Assembly (NCBI GenBank): GCA_051294375.1
Contig: CM119268.1
Location: forward strand, 8,849,215-8,913,214
Direction of reading: 5' to 3'
Source of the DNA: Paraspadella gotoi
Lineage: Eukaryota; Animalia; Chaetognatha
Length of the DNA stretch: 64,000 bases
Shown: one piece after another, positions 24,539-36,700 of the stretch
Numbering within the stretch: position 1 is the stretch's first letter
How the letters are laid out: each line of letters starts with the position of its first letter
The notes under the pieces: model-generated
Told to the model about the DNA's origin: nothing
Database searches by the model: none
The model's input: only the letters and a program-made list of their open reading frames with translations
Translations under genes and position numbers: made by a program

Positions 24539-25570
24539 AGAGAGTAGAGAAGATTGACCTCACGCCTCTCATTCCCTAACCCCTTCCTCCAAGACGGCGC
24601 CTCCGTTCACACGAGGCGCTCGACGTTCTCGACGACGCGTTCACGACGCGCTTCCCAGCATCGACGCGGCCAGTCCGCGACGTCTGCCGCAACCCGAGGA
24701 TCGACGCCGTCGCCAGGATTCGGATGCAAGGACCGCAGCACGACGTGGAGTATCTTTTTAAAGGTTCGACAAAAGGGGGTGGTAAGGTTTAAGTTGAAGG
24801 CCGAGGATGTATAAATTGTATATTCACCGTATTTGCCTCATTGTCAGTAGCTAAAGAGACACAATGAGATATAATGTCGTTAGGTTGTATATTAAACATT
24901 ATACTCGGGGATAAATACTATTTAGTTGCTTAAAATATTACGAATGTAACGTAAAAAATACTTTTAAGTAACGTTTTTAACTAATTTTAACAAATGACGG
25001 CGGTGCGGACGTTTTGTAAATTTTTTTAGTAAATACTGTAATCGTTTATCAGTGTCAAGAAGATTCCAAATCAATACCCCACGATAAAAATGCCGCCATT
25101 AGCCATTAGCCATTAGCCATGCCATTCCTATTTAAAACGTTCCGCCCTGCCCCTCCCCCCGCCGTCGACATTCCACACCAGGCGTGTGGGTCTGGAAATT
25201 CCAGACGATTCACAACCTGAAAATTCTGATGTCCGGATTTCCGAAGCGCATCAACTCCGTCTTCACGGAGGCGCCTTCCAACGTCGACGCTGCCTTCGAG
25301 TCCGAGGGAAAACTCTTTATCCTCAAAGATTATCAAGTCTGGAAATATGATTCCTTGTCGCAGCGGTTGGTCTTCGGATATCCGAGGAGGTTAGCGGCAG
25401 TGGTTTATGGTTTTATTTTTGTAACTACATTATAGTTAATTTTATAGTATTATAGTTAAAAGTTAAGAGTTAAATTTAGAGTTATAGTTAGATTTACTGA
25501 AAAAGTGAAACGTTCTTTCTTATTTTCTAGTTTTTTAAATTTATTTTTATTTTTTAAATTTTTCATTTTT

Positions 25571-25638
<68 letters not shown>

Positions 25639-25643
25639 TCATC

Positions 25644-25674
<31 letters not shown>

Positions 25675-27112
25675 TTTTTTCTTTCCTTTTTATTATTTTT
25701 TTAGCGGTTACAAACCTTTTCAATAATTTAATATTAATCATCAATTAATAATATAATCTAGAATAATCATTAATAATTAATCCTACCCGGTCAGCATCTA
25801 CAACGAGTTTGGCCTCTTCTCCACCGTAGACGCAGCCTTCTCCACCAGGAAACACGTCTACTTTGTCAAACAGTACAACTCCACTCACTCGCAGATGTGG
25901 AGATTCGGGGACACGAGGCGAGACCACACCTTCGTGCACAGGTAGAGGTGGGATATTGTTCACAGAGAACACGCATGACAAGAACTTCAACAAGTTGGGC
26001 CAAGTGTATGTGAAATGATTATAAATTTGATTACATGAATTAACGAATGAATTTTTTGTCAGTAAACCTAAAACGTAAAAATGTCCATTTGTTGAAGACC
26101 TATTTATAGCAATGTATGAGACCAATCAAGTCAAAAAGATGCTATTTTGAAACTTAAACACTATATCCTGTTAGTAATTATCTAGTACATTTTTGTTTTT
26201 GAATCCCCAATCGCTTATATCTTTGTCGTTTTTGTTATTAATAGGATTGTCTATGCGGCGGTAGAGCTCATTTATCCCTGGGAAGAAGAGGCGTCAGGAG
26301 TTTGGTTGTTTGGACTTTACAGAGCAGATTACTACAGCCTCAGTAACCCCACCAATCCCTGGAGGAGAGCAGGTGAGATCTTGAAGGAGCAATCCTTTTT
26401 ACAGGAGCAGAAGAAGTGAGAAATATGCAGGGTCGTAAGTTGTTAAAAAAATTAAAAAGATTTAAATCATTAAAAAGATTAAAATATTTTATAAGCATTG
26501 TTCCTCTGCTCTATTGAATTAATATTAAAGATTGGTTTCATTTATTTTGAGCAAATTTTTTAAGGTACCTATGTTTGTAGCTTTTCTTGTTTGATAACTT
26601 TTATTGTCAAGACTTCAGTTAAATCAAACACCAAATTGATTAATTCAAAACATTTGTTATTTTTATATTCAAATCTAAAGTTCAGCACATTTGATTTAGT
26701 TTTACTTGAACCCCGTTTTTAAAAAAAAAAAAATCCTAAAACATGTTCCCTCTTTTTTCCGATTTAATATTTGCTTTGCAGGTTCTCATGTAGGCTGGCA
26801 AATGATATCGGTAACAGCAAAGGTCTTGCCACGACCTCTTGCGGAAATTTGCACACCTTTCATTGTTGAGATAAGAGATAAAATCTATCTTCAATTCTTT
26901 AAAATTTATTATTTTTCTTTTCTTTCTTTCAATTTTGTTTCTTTTTATCTTTCTTTCATATTTCTTTTTTTTTCTTTGTCTCTTCTTTTTTGTCTTTTTT
27001 CAATCTTCTTTCTTTAATTTTTACTTTTCTCTCTCTCTCTCTTTCTCTCTCTCTCGCTCTCTCTCTAATATATATCTCTCTAATATCTATCTATCTATCC
27101 ATCTATCTATCC

Positions 27113-27155
<43 letters not shown>

Positions 27156-27160
27156 TCTCA

Positions 27161-27194
<34 letters not shown>

Positions 27195-27283
27195 ATCTAT
27201 CTATCTATCTATCTATCTATCATATGTCTATCTATCTATCTATCCGTCTCTCTTCTCTCTCTCTTTCTCTCTCCTCTCTCTCT

Positions 27284-27350
<67 letters not shown>

Positions 27351-27531
27351 AAACCTCCCTCGTGGCAATCCTCATCGTGACGCTGGGAAAAATTTTAAAA
27401 GTTCAAATTTTTTTTTAATTCAAAAAAAAAAAAGAAAGAAAGAAAAAAACAGAGATTTCAATGGAAAAGTGTAACGAAGGAAATAACGAATCTCCGACAT
27501 CGGAAGATACTTTTTCATTGTTCCGAGAGGA

Positions 27532-27571
<40 letters not shown>

Positions 27572-29439
27572 GAGAGAGAGAGAGAGAGAAGCTATCAAGA
27601 GGGGAAAGCTAATGTTTGCGATGGAGGGAGAGAGACTGAGAAAGAATTGTTTACATTCTTCTCTTCGCCGGTCAAAGAATGTAGCATTTTATTTGTAAAT
27701 TCTTTTTTCTCTCTCGGCGGCCGGATGGTTTTTAAAAGTGACGTACTCACTTGGAAAAGAAGTATCTAAGGTCAATAGTTATGTTTTACTTAAAATTTGA
27801 AAAGAAGACAGAAGGAAAGTCAAAATTCAACAAAGTGCAGTCAAATTTCAGTCTTATGGTGGCTTTGGTAGGCCTCCATCCCACTTACAAGATATTTACA
27901 TCGCTTTCAATCAAGACACTTTCACAGTCTAGTCTACTATCAACTCACAGAGTATTTGTATAATATTTTAATGAACTGTTCCTATTGTAAATTTTGTTTA
28001 CTGTTACTGTTAGTGGTATTTGACTGAAAATCCATCTCATTTAATGAGCTAATGGATCATTTATAGGTACAATTTGTGACCCAGTTTTCCCGACACTCTC
28101 TCATGCAGGCCTTCAGCCGTGGAACAGTCGACTTATCGGTCGCTATTGGTTTTCATGTCGCGGAATTTTTTATCCTCGAGGAAGAAAACCTTTTGATGGT
28201 GAGGAGCCGCTGCCCGACGAAAAGGTGAGTTGCTCTCATCCATTTTATCGTTGTTGTTATTGAACTGAATTTGGTTTTAGTGACGAAAATATTATGCATC
28301 GGAAATCAATGAGTCTTTGGATGATCTTCTTCAAAAATGTACACAGACAAAAACTTTATGAAATATCAGTGATAATAAATTTGTTCTCTTTAAAAACATA
28401 ATACGATTTATTTTATTTGTATCTCAATAATGCAAGAATATATGTTAAAACTGTTTTCACCCTGGTTTATAGGCAAGTTATAGCGATGATCGTTCCAAAG
28501 ATTCTTTTTTTTATAGCCGTTTGTTTCGCATGTATTCCCAGGACTATCCAGAAATTGGCGGGAACTTTCCTGACGAACCGGATTATCCGGAGAAGCCAGA
28601 CAAAGGTGACGAAAATTTTAAATGACACTTTATATTCTCAGTTTAAGTTTGAACAGAAGAGGATAGGTTTGGGGCAGTCAATTTAAAATGCGTACCGTCG
28701 CATAAAATTAAGATTTAAACAAATAAAAATGAAAAAGAAACAAAAACAAAAAATTCTTCCTCCATTTTAGGCGAAAAACCAAAATGGGGAAAAGGCGACA
28801 AAGACGAAAATGACCCAAACAAGAAGGACAACAACGACAAAGACGAATCCTTGAAACCTTCGCGGATTCCGGAGAAAGAAGGATCGAACTTTCCTTTGGC
28901 AAACTTTGGTAAGTGAACTCGGTGAGGATTAAGCAATAGTAGATATTTTAAAAAATTGATTTGATGATTTATTTTGTAAATTAATTTTAAAACTCAAACC
29001 AGGATCGCCGTCTTCTTGGAATGCCTTCTCAAACCGAGATTCGCCCCATACGATCGGCGACGAATCGGGCGTCGGAGGCGGAGTTTCCGGCTCTGTCTCC
29101 GTCGGAGTGCCCGGAGGCTTTCAAGGCGGTGTCCCCGGAAGCGTACACGCGGGTAACCCCGGTGGCTTCTCCGACGTTGTACCCAACAGCGCCCCGGGTA
29201 GCGTCTTTAACAACGCCCCCGCCGTCGTCCACGGTGATGCACATTTCGGACGAAGTCTCGGAAACAGCGCGCAAGACGGCGGCGCGGCGTTACAAACTGG
29301 CATCGGTGGTGCCTCCGCTGCCGGCGCTTTTAACGGCGCCGGTTTAAGCGGCGGCGGCGGATACTCGAACTGGAGGCCGGCGTCGGTCGGCGCTTACGGC
29401 GTCGAATCTCCGGTACTTCCGTTCGATCAAAAAAAGTAG
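15053..29439 (+). CDS. Matrix metalloproteinase (M10A matrixin) with hemopexin domain and long N- and C-terminal extensions, ~1080 aa
   Basis: Exons: 15053-15404, 15645-15752, 16576-16848, 18004-18182 ([11 protein letters not shown]...[19 protein letters not shown] prodomain), 18493-18595 (cysteine switch PRCGLKD), 19135-19213 (WQKKDLTW), 19949-20053 ([13 protein letters not shown]), 20154-20325 ([39 protein letters not shown] after correcting 1-nt indels), 21339-21449 (LQHS..IMAPYY Met-turn, [11 protein letters not shown]), hinge 21885-21925, 22876-23046, 24348-~24438, hemopexin 24594-24763, 25182-25389, 25795-25941, 26245-26372, 26782-26810, 27852-27867, 28109-28224 (YWFSC), tail 28542-28605, 28771-28908, 29003-29439. 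Core domains are certain. Linkage of the terminal extensions is inferred from splice phase. Confidence 0.9.
18165..18230 (+). repeat. 27-bp tandem repeat spanning an MMP exon/intron junction
   Basis: ACGGGAACGCTAGACGAGGTCAGTCTA x2 plus a partial third copy, giving identical donors at 18183 and 18210. Confidence 0.9.
18682..18805 (+). mobile_element. Short dispersed repeat, possible non-autonomous element
   Basis: The motif (c)attca(t)ttaataaacaagct..cctgactttggacagg recurs at ~18682, ~23404 and ~60490. The downstream part acaagataatgacata..ctgcaag is also at ~2155. Confidence 0.45.
20310..20640 (+). repeat. Degenerate ~35-45-bp array copying the MMP zinc-motif exon end and donor
   Basis: tcggacacagtttgggtgagtgaga (20311) recurs as ttggacattggttgggtgagtgaga (~20349), cggattcagtttggtaa (~20416), tcggacacagttgagtgagtgaga (~20456), ggaacacagtatgggta (~20565) and ttggatacggtttgaga (~20611). 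Confidence 0.7.
23520..24300 (+). repeat. ~33-bp intronic minisatellite (aaggccctgcaagctttaaatctctcaaggtct)
   Basis: Over 20 imperfect head-to-tail copies, some with a ccaa insertion, inside an MMP intron. Confidence 0.92.
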
Positions 29440-30712
29440 ATTAATTTTTTATATATTTTTTTTTCGGTTTTAGTTTATATCAGAATCTTGCATCGTCTTG
29501 TAAAGATTAAACTTGTCTTTTACGTAGTAGCTTTTTATCTGAGAGGGGGGGGTGGAAAATTGTACAGATACCTGGCTTAGCCGTAGATTGTAACACGCTT
29601 TTAAGTTCAGTTTGTGTTCAGTCTCCGATCTGTTATTTGCGATTCAATTGCGTCGATTCTTTTGTAGTTTTTTTTTTTTTTGATTTGTTACTACATTTTT
29701 TTTCCATCGTTCAAAAACCGGTCGTCCTCCTAAAGGATTTCAATTTTTTTTTTTAAATTCGAAATCAAATCAAATAGAGCAATACTCTGAACTACTGAAT
29801 TTACTGTGCATACCTTGGCTTGACTACAACTACCTGATACTCTGATACTCTTTTTTTTATGAAAGCTACTATGCCAAGGTGTATCACGAGATTTAATATG
29901 TATTCGGGAAAAGGATGTAAAGCGTAGGGATGACGATAATTATTTTTTTTTTCTTAATTATTATTGAGAAGCACAAATTTCCCTTCTATCGAGAAGCTAT
30001 ATATCTTTACTGAAGCCAGATCTCTTTGAAAAATTTTTCCTTTAATACCACTGTAAACAAACTTTTCTGTAATTCAATTAACTATTCTTACTCGTTGCTC
30101 TTATAGTAATGCCTACATATACTGATTTTAGCCAACTGAGCATATCATGAAATATTTGTAAATAAATATTTTTTTTTACAACTTGCTAGTATTACTTTGT
30201 TTTTAGAGCCAGTGAGACAGCTGAAAGAACAACAAACCCTTTTTGCAACTACTGATATATTTTTTTTGGTTGACAGGCTTTTTGAACAGTTACGGTAGCA
30301 TAGTAATAATAAGGTCGAACGTACGTAGAAACAACGAGCAACAAGGAAATTCAACAATGCGAGCGTCAATTTAAATGATTATGTTACAACGATTAGCCGT
30401 GCATAACCAGTTTGTATTCTTTAAATATGAAAAATACAGATGTTACGGTTGTTTTTTTTTAATTTTTTTTTTCGTGGGTAAATTATCTCATACTTCAAAG
30501 CTGAAAAAATTCACCAAATAAAAACAAAAGTTATACAGAGTAAAAAATTACTCGCCGACAGATGGACGAATCATCTCATTAAGAGAAGATAGCCAAAAAA
30601 AAAAGGGAAAATACTCTTGCGAATACGAAACACATTAGGTACAGACGAAAAACATTTATTCGAAAAAAGCGTCACACAGATCACAAATCTGTGATCACAA
30701 AACTTAATCGGT

Positions 30713-33700
30713 TCACACGTGAAAGAACTTTCTTACGGCCTTTCTCCTGTTCATCCTTTCCAACTCGGCAAAATCGGCGGCCGGGATCCCGACGACGCTG
30801 TTACGCCGCCGGGAAACGTTGCGCCATCTAGCGAGCGGATAATAATCCCGATGTTTCTTGTGACTTTTGTTTTGAAGTCGTTTAGTTTCGCGCGAAGGGA
30901 GAAGATACGCGTCGGCGAACCGAATCAAATCTGAGAAGAGATTTTCGTTATAATTAATTATAATCTGATTTAGTTTTAAATATAAATAATATATATTTTA
31001 AAAAAGTCACCTTTAACTCGTAAAACAGATTTGATCCCTTCTTCGTTTTTTGTGTCGCTTGAATTGACGTTTTCTTGTTTAGTCTTCGAAGTTTTATTAG
31101 TATGAGTACATTGTTTGTTTTTGTTTGCACGGTTTCCTTAAAAATCGATAAAAAGTATAAGTGGAAAGGAGTATAAAAACTAATTAATGAAATAAAACCA
31201 AATTTTTCACATCAATAATGAAATAATTAATGAAACAAAACCAAAGAAATGATGGAAAAATTAAAGTAGTATCGGATGATCTTGGCTGAGACAATATTGT
31301 CTTGCTAAGGTTTTTAAAGCATGGACTGGGTTACATTAAATTTTTTTTCATCTTAGTGTGAAGACGATTACAATTTTAATCACAATTGCTCGGAAAATTG
31401 CTCCATGTCTCAGCCCAGATGTGATCAAATTACTTTGTGAAATTGATTGGTCCAATCGTGGTTAATCGGTAGGTTATAGGTATTCTCAAAAGTAAAGAAG
31501 TTTAAATATGAATGACAAACCTCAGAAATATCGAATTTAACAATTACAAAGGATCATTTTTTCGGCGAGACAAAGGGACTCCGTTCTGAACGATAAACAA
31601 GATAACCAACGCGTTGATTCGATTCTAATATTTTAATAATCAAAATATGTTTAGGGAAATCAACTCGTTTACCCAGACTGAATTCCCTTGCGCCGGCGGA
31701 AGCGGCGGAAGCGGCGGAAGCGGCGGAGGCCGAGGCGCCCGACGAAGCCGCGGCGGCCGCGGACGCTGCAGCGGCCGCTTGGTCTTGTGAGTCGAACGTC
31801 ACAGTCACCGTCTCTTGCTTCATGTGAGTTTGTTGATGCTGCCTGCAGGGGGGCATGGGCGTGAGGTAAAAATGGCGATGAGTATGAGTCCGAATTAAGT
31901 TCAGCGGAGTTTGATTTTAAAAATAGAGGTGAAACTCTTTGGGAAAATTAAAACCTTAAAATCTTTATAATCTTCACTTTACCAACTTTGGTTTACTATA
32001 AACAAACTCCCCTTTTCAATGACGATACAACATGGAGCGGCCGAAAGAAATGTGAAAAAAAGATCAAAAAGGAAGGCAAAAACGAAGCCTTGTGAAGTGA
32101 TCTTCACCGTTTCCCGGTTACTATTAGATTGGAAGTTTTCACTTCCGATTCATTCGATGACAACCAAATGAGGTAGAAGAATTATTAGCTCGATAGTTTC
32201 ATGATACAGTTTCAAGCAACTGTGACTTTCTCTTTTTTTTTTTCCTAGTTTTTGCAATCGAATCAGAAATTGGGAATGTTCAAAAAAAAATCATTAAAAA
32301 AGCTTCGGAAAATCATGAGCGAAGCAGTAAGGGGGAGGGGGGTGGGAGGAAAAGAGTTACGAAGTCGAATTAATCGGAAAAGACGGTCGCAATCGTTTTC
32401 ACCTGTCTTCTCGCGAGATGGCACTACTGTTCAGTTGTGAGAAGAAATTATTAGAATTAGATTTGTGAGTTTTATTAGAATTGTGAATTAAATCGTCGTG
32501 AGTGAGTATGCAAGGCGTCATACGTTGACCATACGTCCCTACGTGTACATTGTTCAACATGCTCCGAATAAATTGTCACATCGATTTTATGCCGAGGTTT
32601 CAAACCGAATTCACTATCCCGAGCTGGCGAAGTACTCACATTTTTTCGACAACTTCGCTATTCAATTTTTATAAAAAAAAAAACAATCGGTTAGTGACAC
32701 GTATTCTTAAAAGTAAACAATAAATAATTTATAGAGACTTCTCAATAATCAATGATGACTGACCATTGATTGAGATCGGTCGTCGTCTCCGTGATGACTT
32801 TGTAGCAGATTTCCTCCTCGAACGAATCTTCCCACTCTTCCTCAGATTCGCTCTCCTCCTGACAAAAAATCGATGGAAAATCGAAATGAGTACAAATCGA
32901 TTCCCCAAAAAAACCAGACAATCATGGAAACAGAATTTCATTATTTTTTAAAAATCGGATTTAATTAGCAATTAGTGTAAAAATAGCTCTTGGTTTTTAA
33001 ACATTCGAGTTACTATAAAAACGATACAATGATTTTAAAGAAAAACCCAATTAATATTCTAAGATAATATGACTATTATCGCTAATTTACAAACCTCTAC
33101 TTCAAGTTCTTCCTCCTCCTCCGCCGCGGCTGCTGCTTCCGCCGCCGCTGCCTCCAGTTCAAGACGAAGTCTTTCTTCCTCTTCGAGTTTAAGTCTTTCC
33201 TCTTCTTCTCTCCTCATCCTCTCTCTTTCCTCCGCCTCTTTTCTAAGCCATTCCTCTTTTTCTCTCTTGATCCTTTCCTCTTCCTCTCTCCTCAACCTCT
33301 CTTTTTCTTCGGCCTCTCTTCTCAGCCTTTCCTCTTCTTCTCTTTTCAATCTCTCTTCCTCCTCTCTCCTCAACCTCTCTTTTTCTTCGGCCTCTCTTCT
33401 CAGCCTTTCTTCTTCTTCTCTTTTCAATCTCTCTTCTTCCTCTCTCCTCAACCTCTCTTTTTCTTTGGCCTCTCTTCTCAGCCTTTCCTCTTCTTCTCTT
33501 TTCAATCTCTCTTCTTCCTCTCTCCTCAACCTCTCTTTTTCTTCGGTCTCTCTTCTCAGTCTTTCCTCTTCTTCTCTTTTCAATCTCTCTTCTTCCTCTC
33601 TCCTCAACCTCTCTTTTTCTTCGGCCTCTTTTCTCAGCCTTTCCTCTTCTTCTCTTTTCAATCTCTCTTCTTCCTCTCTCCTCAACCTCTCTTTTTCTTC

Positions 33701-36700
33701 GGCCTCTCTTCTCAGCCTTTCCTCTTCTTCTCTTTTCAATCTCTCTTCTTCCTCTCTCCTCAACCTCTCTTTTTCTTCGGCCTCTTTTCTCAGCCTTTCC
33801 TCTTCTTCTCTTTTCAATCTCTCTTTTTCCTCTCTCCTCAACCTCTCTTTTTCTTCGGCCTCTCTTCTCAGCCTTTCCTCTTCTTCTCTTTTCAATCTCT
33901 CTTCTTCCTCTCTCCTCAACCTCTCTTTTCTTCGGCCTCTCTTCTCAGCCTTTCCTCTTCTTCTCTTTTCAATCTCTCTTCTTCCTCTCTCTCAACCTCT
34001 CTTTTTCTTCGGCCTCTCTTCTCAGCCTTTCCTCTTCTTCTCTTTTCAATCTCTCTTCTTCCTCTCTCCTCAACCTCTCTTTTTCTTCGGCCTCTCTTCT
34101 CAGCCTTTCCTCTTCTTCTCTTTTCAATCTCTCTTCTTCCTCTCTCCTCAACCTTTCTTTTTCCTCTTCTTCCTTTCTTAATCTTTCTTTTTCCTCTTCC
34201 TCTCTTTTCAACCTTTCCCTTTCTTCTTCTTCCCTTTTTAACTTTTCCTCTTCTTCCTTTCTTAACTTTTCTTCCTCCTCCTTCCTCAACCTTTCTTTTT
34301 CCTCCTCCTCTTTCCGCAACCTCTCTCTCTCCTCCTCCTCTCTTTTCAGCCTCTCCTCCTCCTCTCTCTTCATCCTTTCCCTCTCTTTCCTCTCCTCCTC
34401 TTCCTTCCTCTTTCTCTCCGCCTCGATCTCGGCTGGAAAATACAAAAGATATTTTCAAATGACCTTCATTTGACCTATCGACCCTTCGATCTCTTGACCG
34501 ACCCGACCTTGCAAAAAGTCCCCGACAATTTCTTTAACTTGTTGCGGGACGATCTCATCGAGGAGAGACTTGACGGCGTCTTGAACAATGTCCTCGACCT
34601 TGAAGTTTTTTGTTTTTTTTTTTTTGGTCAAGGATCACCCGAATTTGGTTTTGTTTGTTTTTTGTTTACGTTTGGGTTTCAGGACGAGTTTAGTACAAAC
34701 ATGAGAAGACAAAAGACGAGAACGTGCCGTAAAAAAAAAAGGGTGAACGAAAAAATTAAGGTGAGATTAGTCATTTGAAATTCAAAATACTCAATACATT
34801 TATATATATATAAAAATGAATCATCCTAACGGGCAAATTAATAGTTTCTAATTTGCGGGCAATCGCGATGTCGCTTTACGGCGGGCGATCTCACCTCGGT
34901 CTGAGTTTGGACGGACTGTTTCTGCCCGACTTCCGTCTGGGTTTGAATCTCGCAAGATTTAGAGAGTGTCTGGGTGGCGGTGTCACCTGGCCGACGGTTT
35001 TGGGAGTGGCAAGGTGGGAGGGAGGCATTCAAGTTAGTTTTAAAATCTTAAAAGCCTTTTAAACTTTGCAGCTCACTAGATTTATTTCGAATTTACATTT
35101 TTTAAAAATTGTGTTGAAAAAAATGTGATTTAATCAAGAATGGTAATATATACTATAATATTATATATCTATGTTCTAGATATTATCAACTAATAGTTTT
35201 ATTTTTGTCCTAACTGTTACCAAAAACTTATATAATGCTTTTATTGTCTCTCACACAGCTGTTAAATATACAATATAAAATGTATACTATTAACATTAAA
35301 AGAGAGATTTTAATTCAGAACATTTTTTGTAACAGTTACAACAAAAAAACCTAAAATACGCTGTATATTTTCATTATGGACACCTGTATCATTTTCTGTT
35401 TGAACGCACGATTCAGAGAAATCCTTGGGAATCAGTTCGTACCATCCAAAGCAAACAAATGCCACTGTCGTAAAAAATGAGGAAAGCATCGTTGTTTTTT
35501 TTTTGAAACAAAACAAATCTAGTCTTCTATCTAAAATATCATTATACCTGTTACGGATTTATGAATGGATTCGGGCTGACTCTCAACTTTTCTTTCTTTT
35601 TTGGCGACTTGTGGAGGATCGATGACCCAGGTTTTGGCGCGGAATATGACAAGCTGCGTGGAATAATACCAACCATCGCCGTCGTCTAACGTGCCTGCCT
35701 GGAAATTTTGTTTTCTTGGTAACATTAGCCAAATAGCAGAAGGAGTAAATAGTTGTGAAAATTAGCTTCACACCTTCGAAGGAATTCCAGAAATGGTGAA
35801 TGTAAGAAAAACTCTTTGCTTGTCTAGTTGCTGCTGCTCCAATTTTTCCAGAACCATTGAATGCCCGGTTGGAATAACTTTTTCTTGAGAAATGATCGCA
35901 GAGTCTTTGAAAGGCAGAAAAGAAAATGAATACTTCTGCTCCACATTTAATTTTTGTTGTACTTCTTGAAGTTTTTTCAGCTTTTTTAAATCTTCAAGCT
36001 GTGATTGCTTCTGTTGGCGTAGTTCCTCTTCAAATTCGTGCTGTTCTCGTGTTATTTGATCGTGTTGCTGTTGTTTTTGCTCCTTAAGTTCTTCTTCTTG
36101 TTGCAGCCTTTGCTGTTTCAAAAGTTCCGCTTGTTCAGCTTGGAGTTGTTTCCATTTTTCAGCTTCTCGTTGTTTTTCAAGCTCAAGCTCTTTCATTTGT
36201 TTTAATTTTTGTTCATTAATATCATGTTCCAGTTTATGTCTTTGTTGTTGTAGTAATTCTTCTTGTTGTAATAACTGTTTTTGTAATTGTTCTTCTTGAT
36301 CTTTCTTTTTTTTGTTAATTTTTTCTTCTTCTTGCTTTCTGTAATTCTGTAGCTCTAAATCCTGTTCATTTTTCTGATGTCTTAATTCATCCGACAGTTT
36401 TTTCTTTTCCATCCGTAGTAGTTCCTCCAACTGAATTTTTTGAATATTGAGAGCTTCTTCTTGCTCTTTTTGCGCTGATAACTGTTCCGATTGTTTTTGT
36501 TTTTGCTTATAACATTCCTCATCCTGTTGTTGTTTCAGCTTTATTAATTCTTCCTCTTGCATCTGTCGCTGAAGATGGAGCTGTTCTTCTTGCAATTCTT
36601 TTTCTTGTTGAAGTTGTTGAACTAACTGATGTTTTTGTAAAGCAAACATTTCCTCTTGTTGCTCTCGTTGTTTTTGAAGATCTTCCTCTTGTTTAGCTTG

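Noticed and set aside
27852-29439. Independent Gly-rich gene
   Set aside because: No convincing start or signal peptide. The exons continue the MMP in phase and supply the terminal hemopexin WFSC.
33916-33995. Programmed frameshifting in the ER/K exon
   Set aside because: Two single-base deletions relative to the 78-bp unit, in low-complexity runs. Restoring them fixes exon phase, which is typical of sequencing error.
33069-34181. 370-aa Ser/Leu-rich + strand ORF
   Set aside because: Antisense shadow of the ER/K repeat exon.
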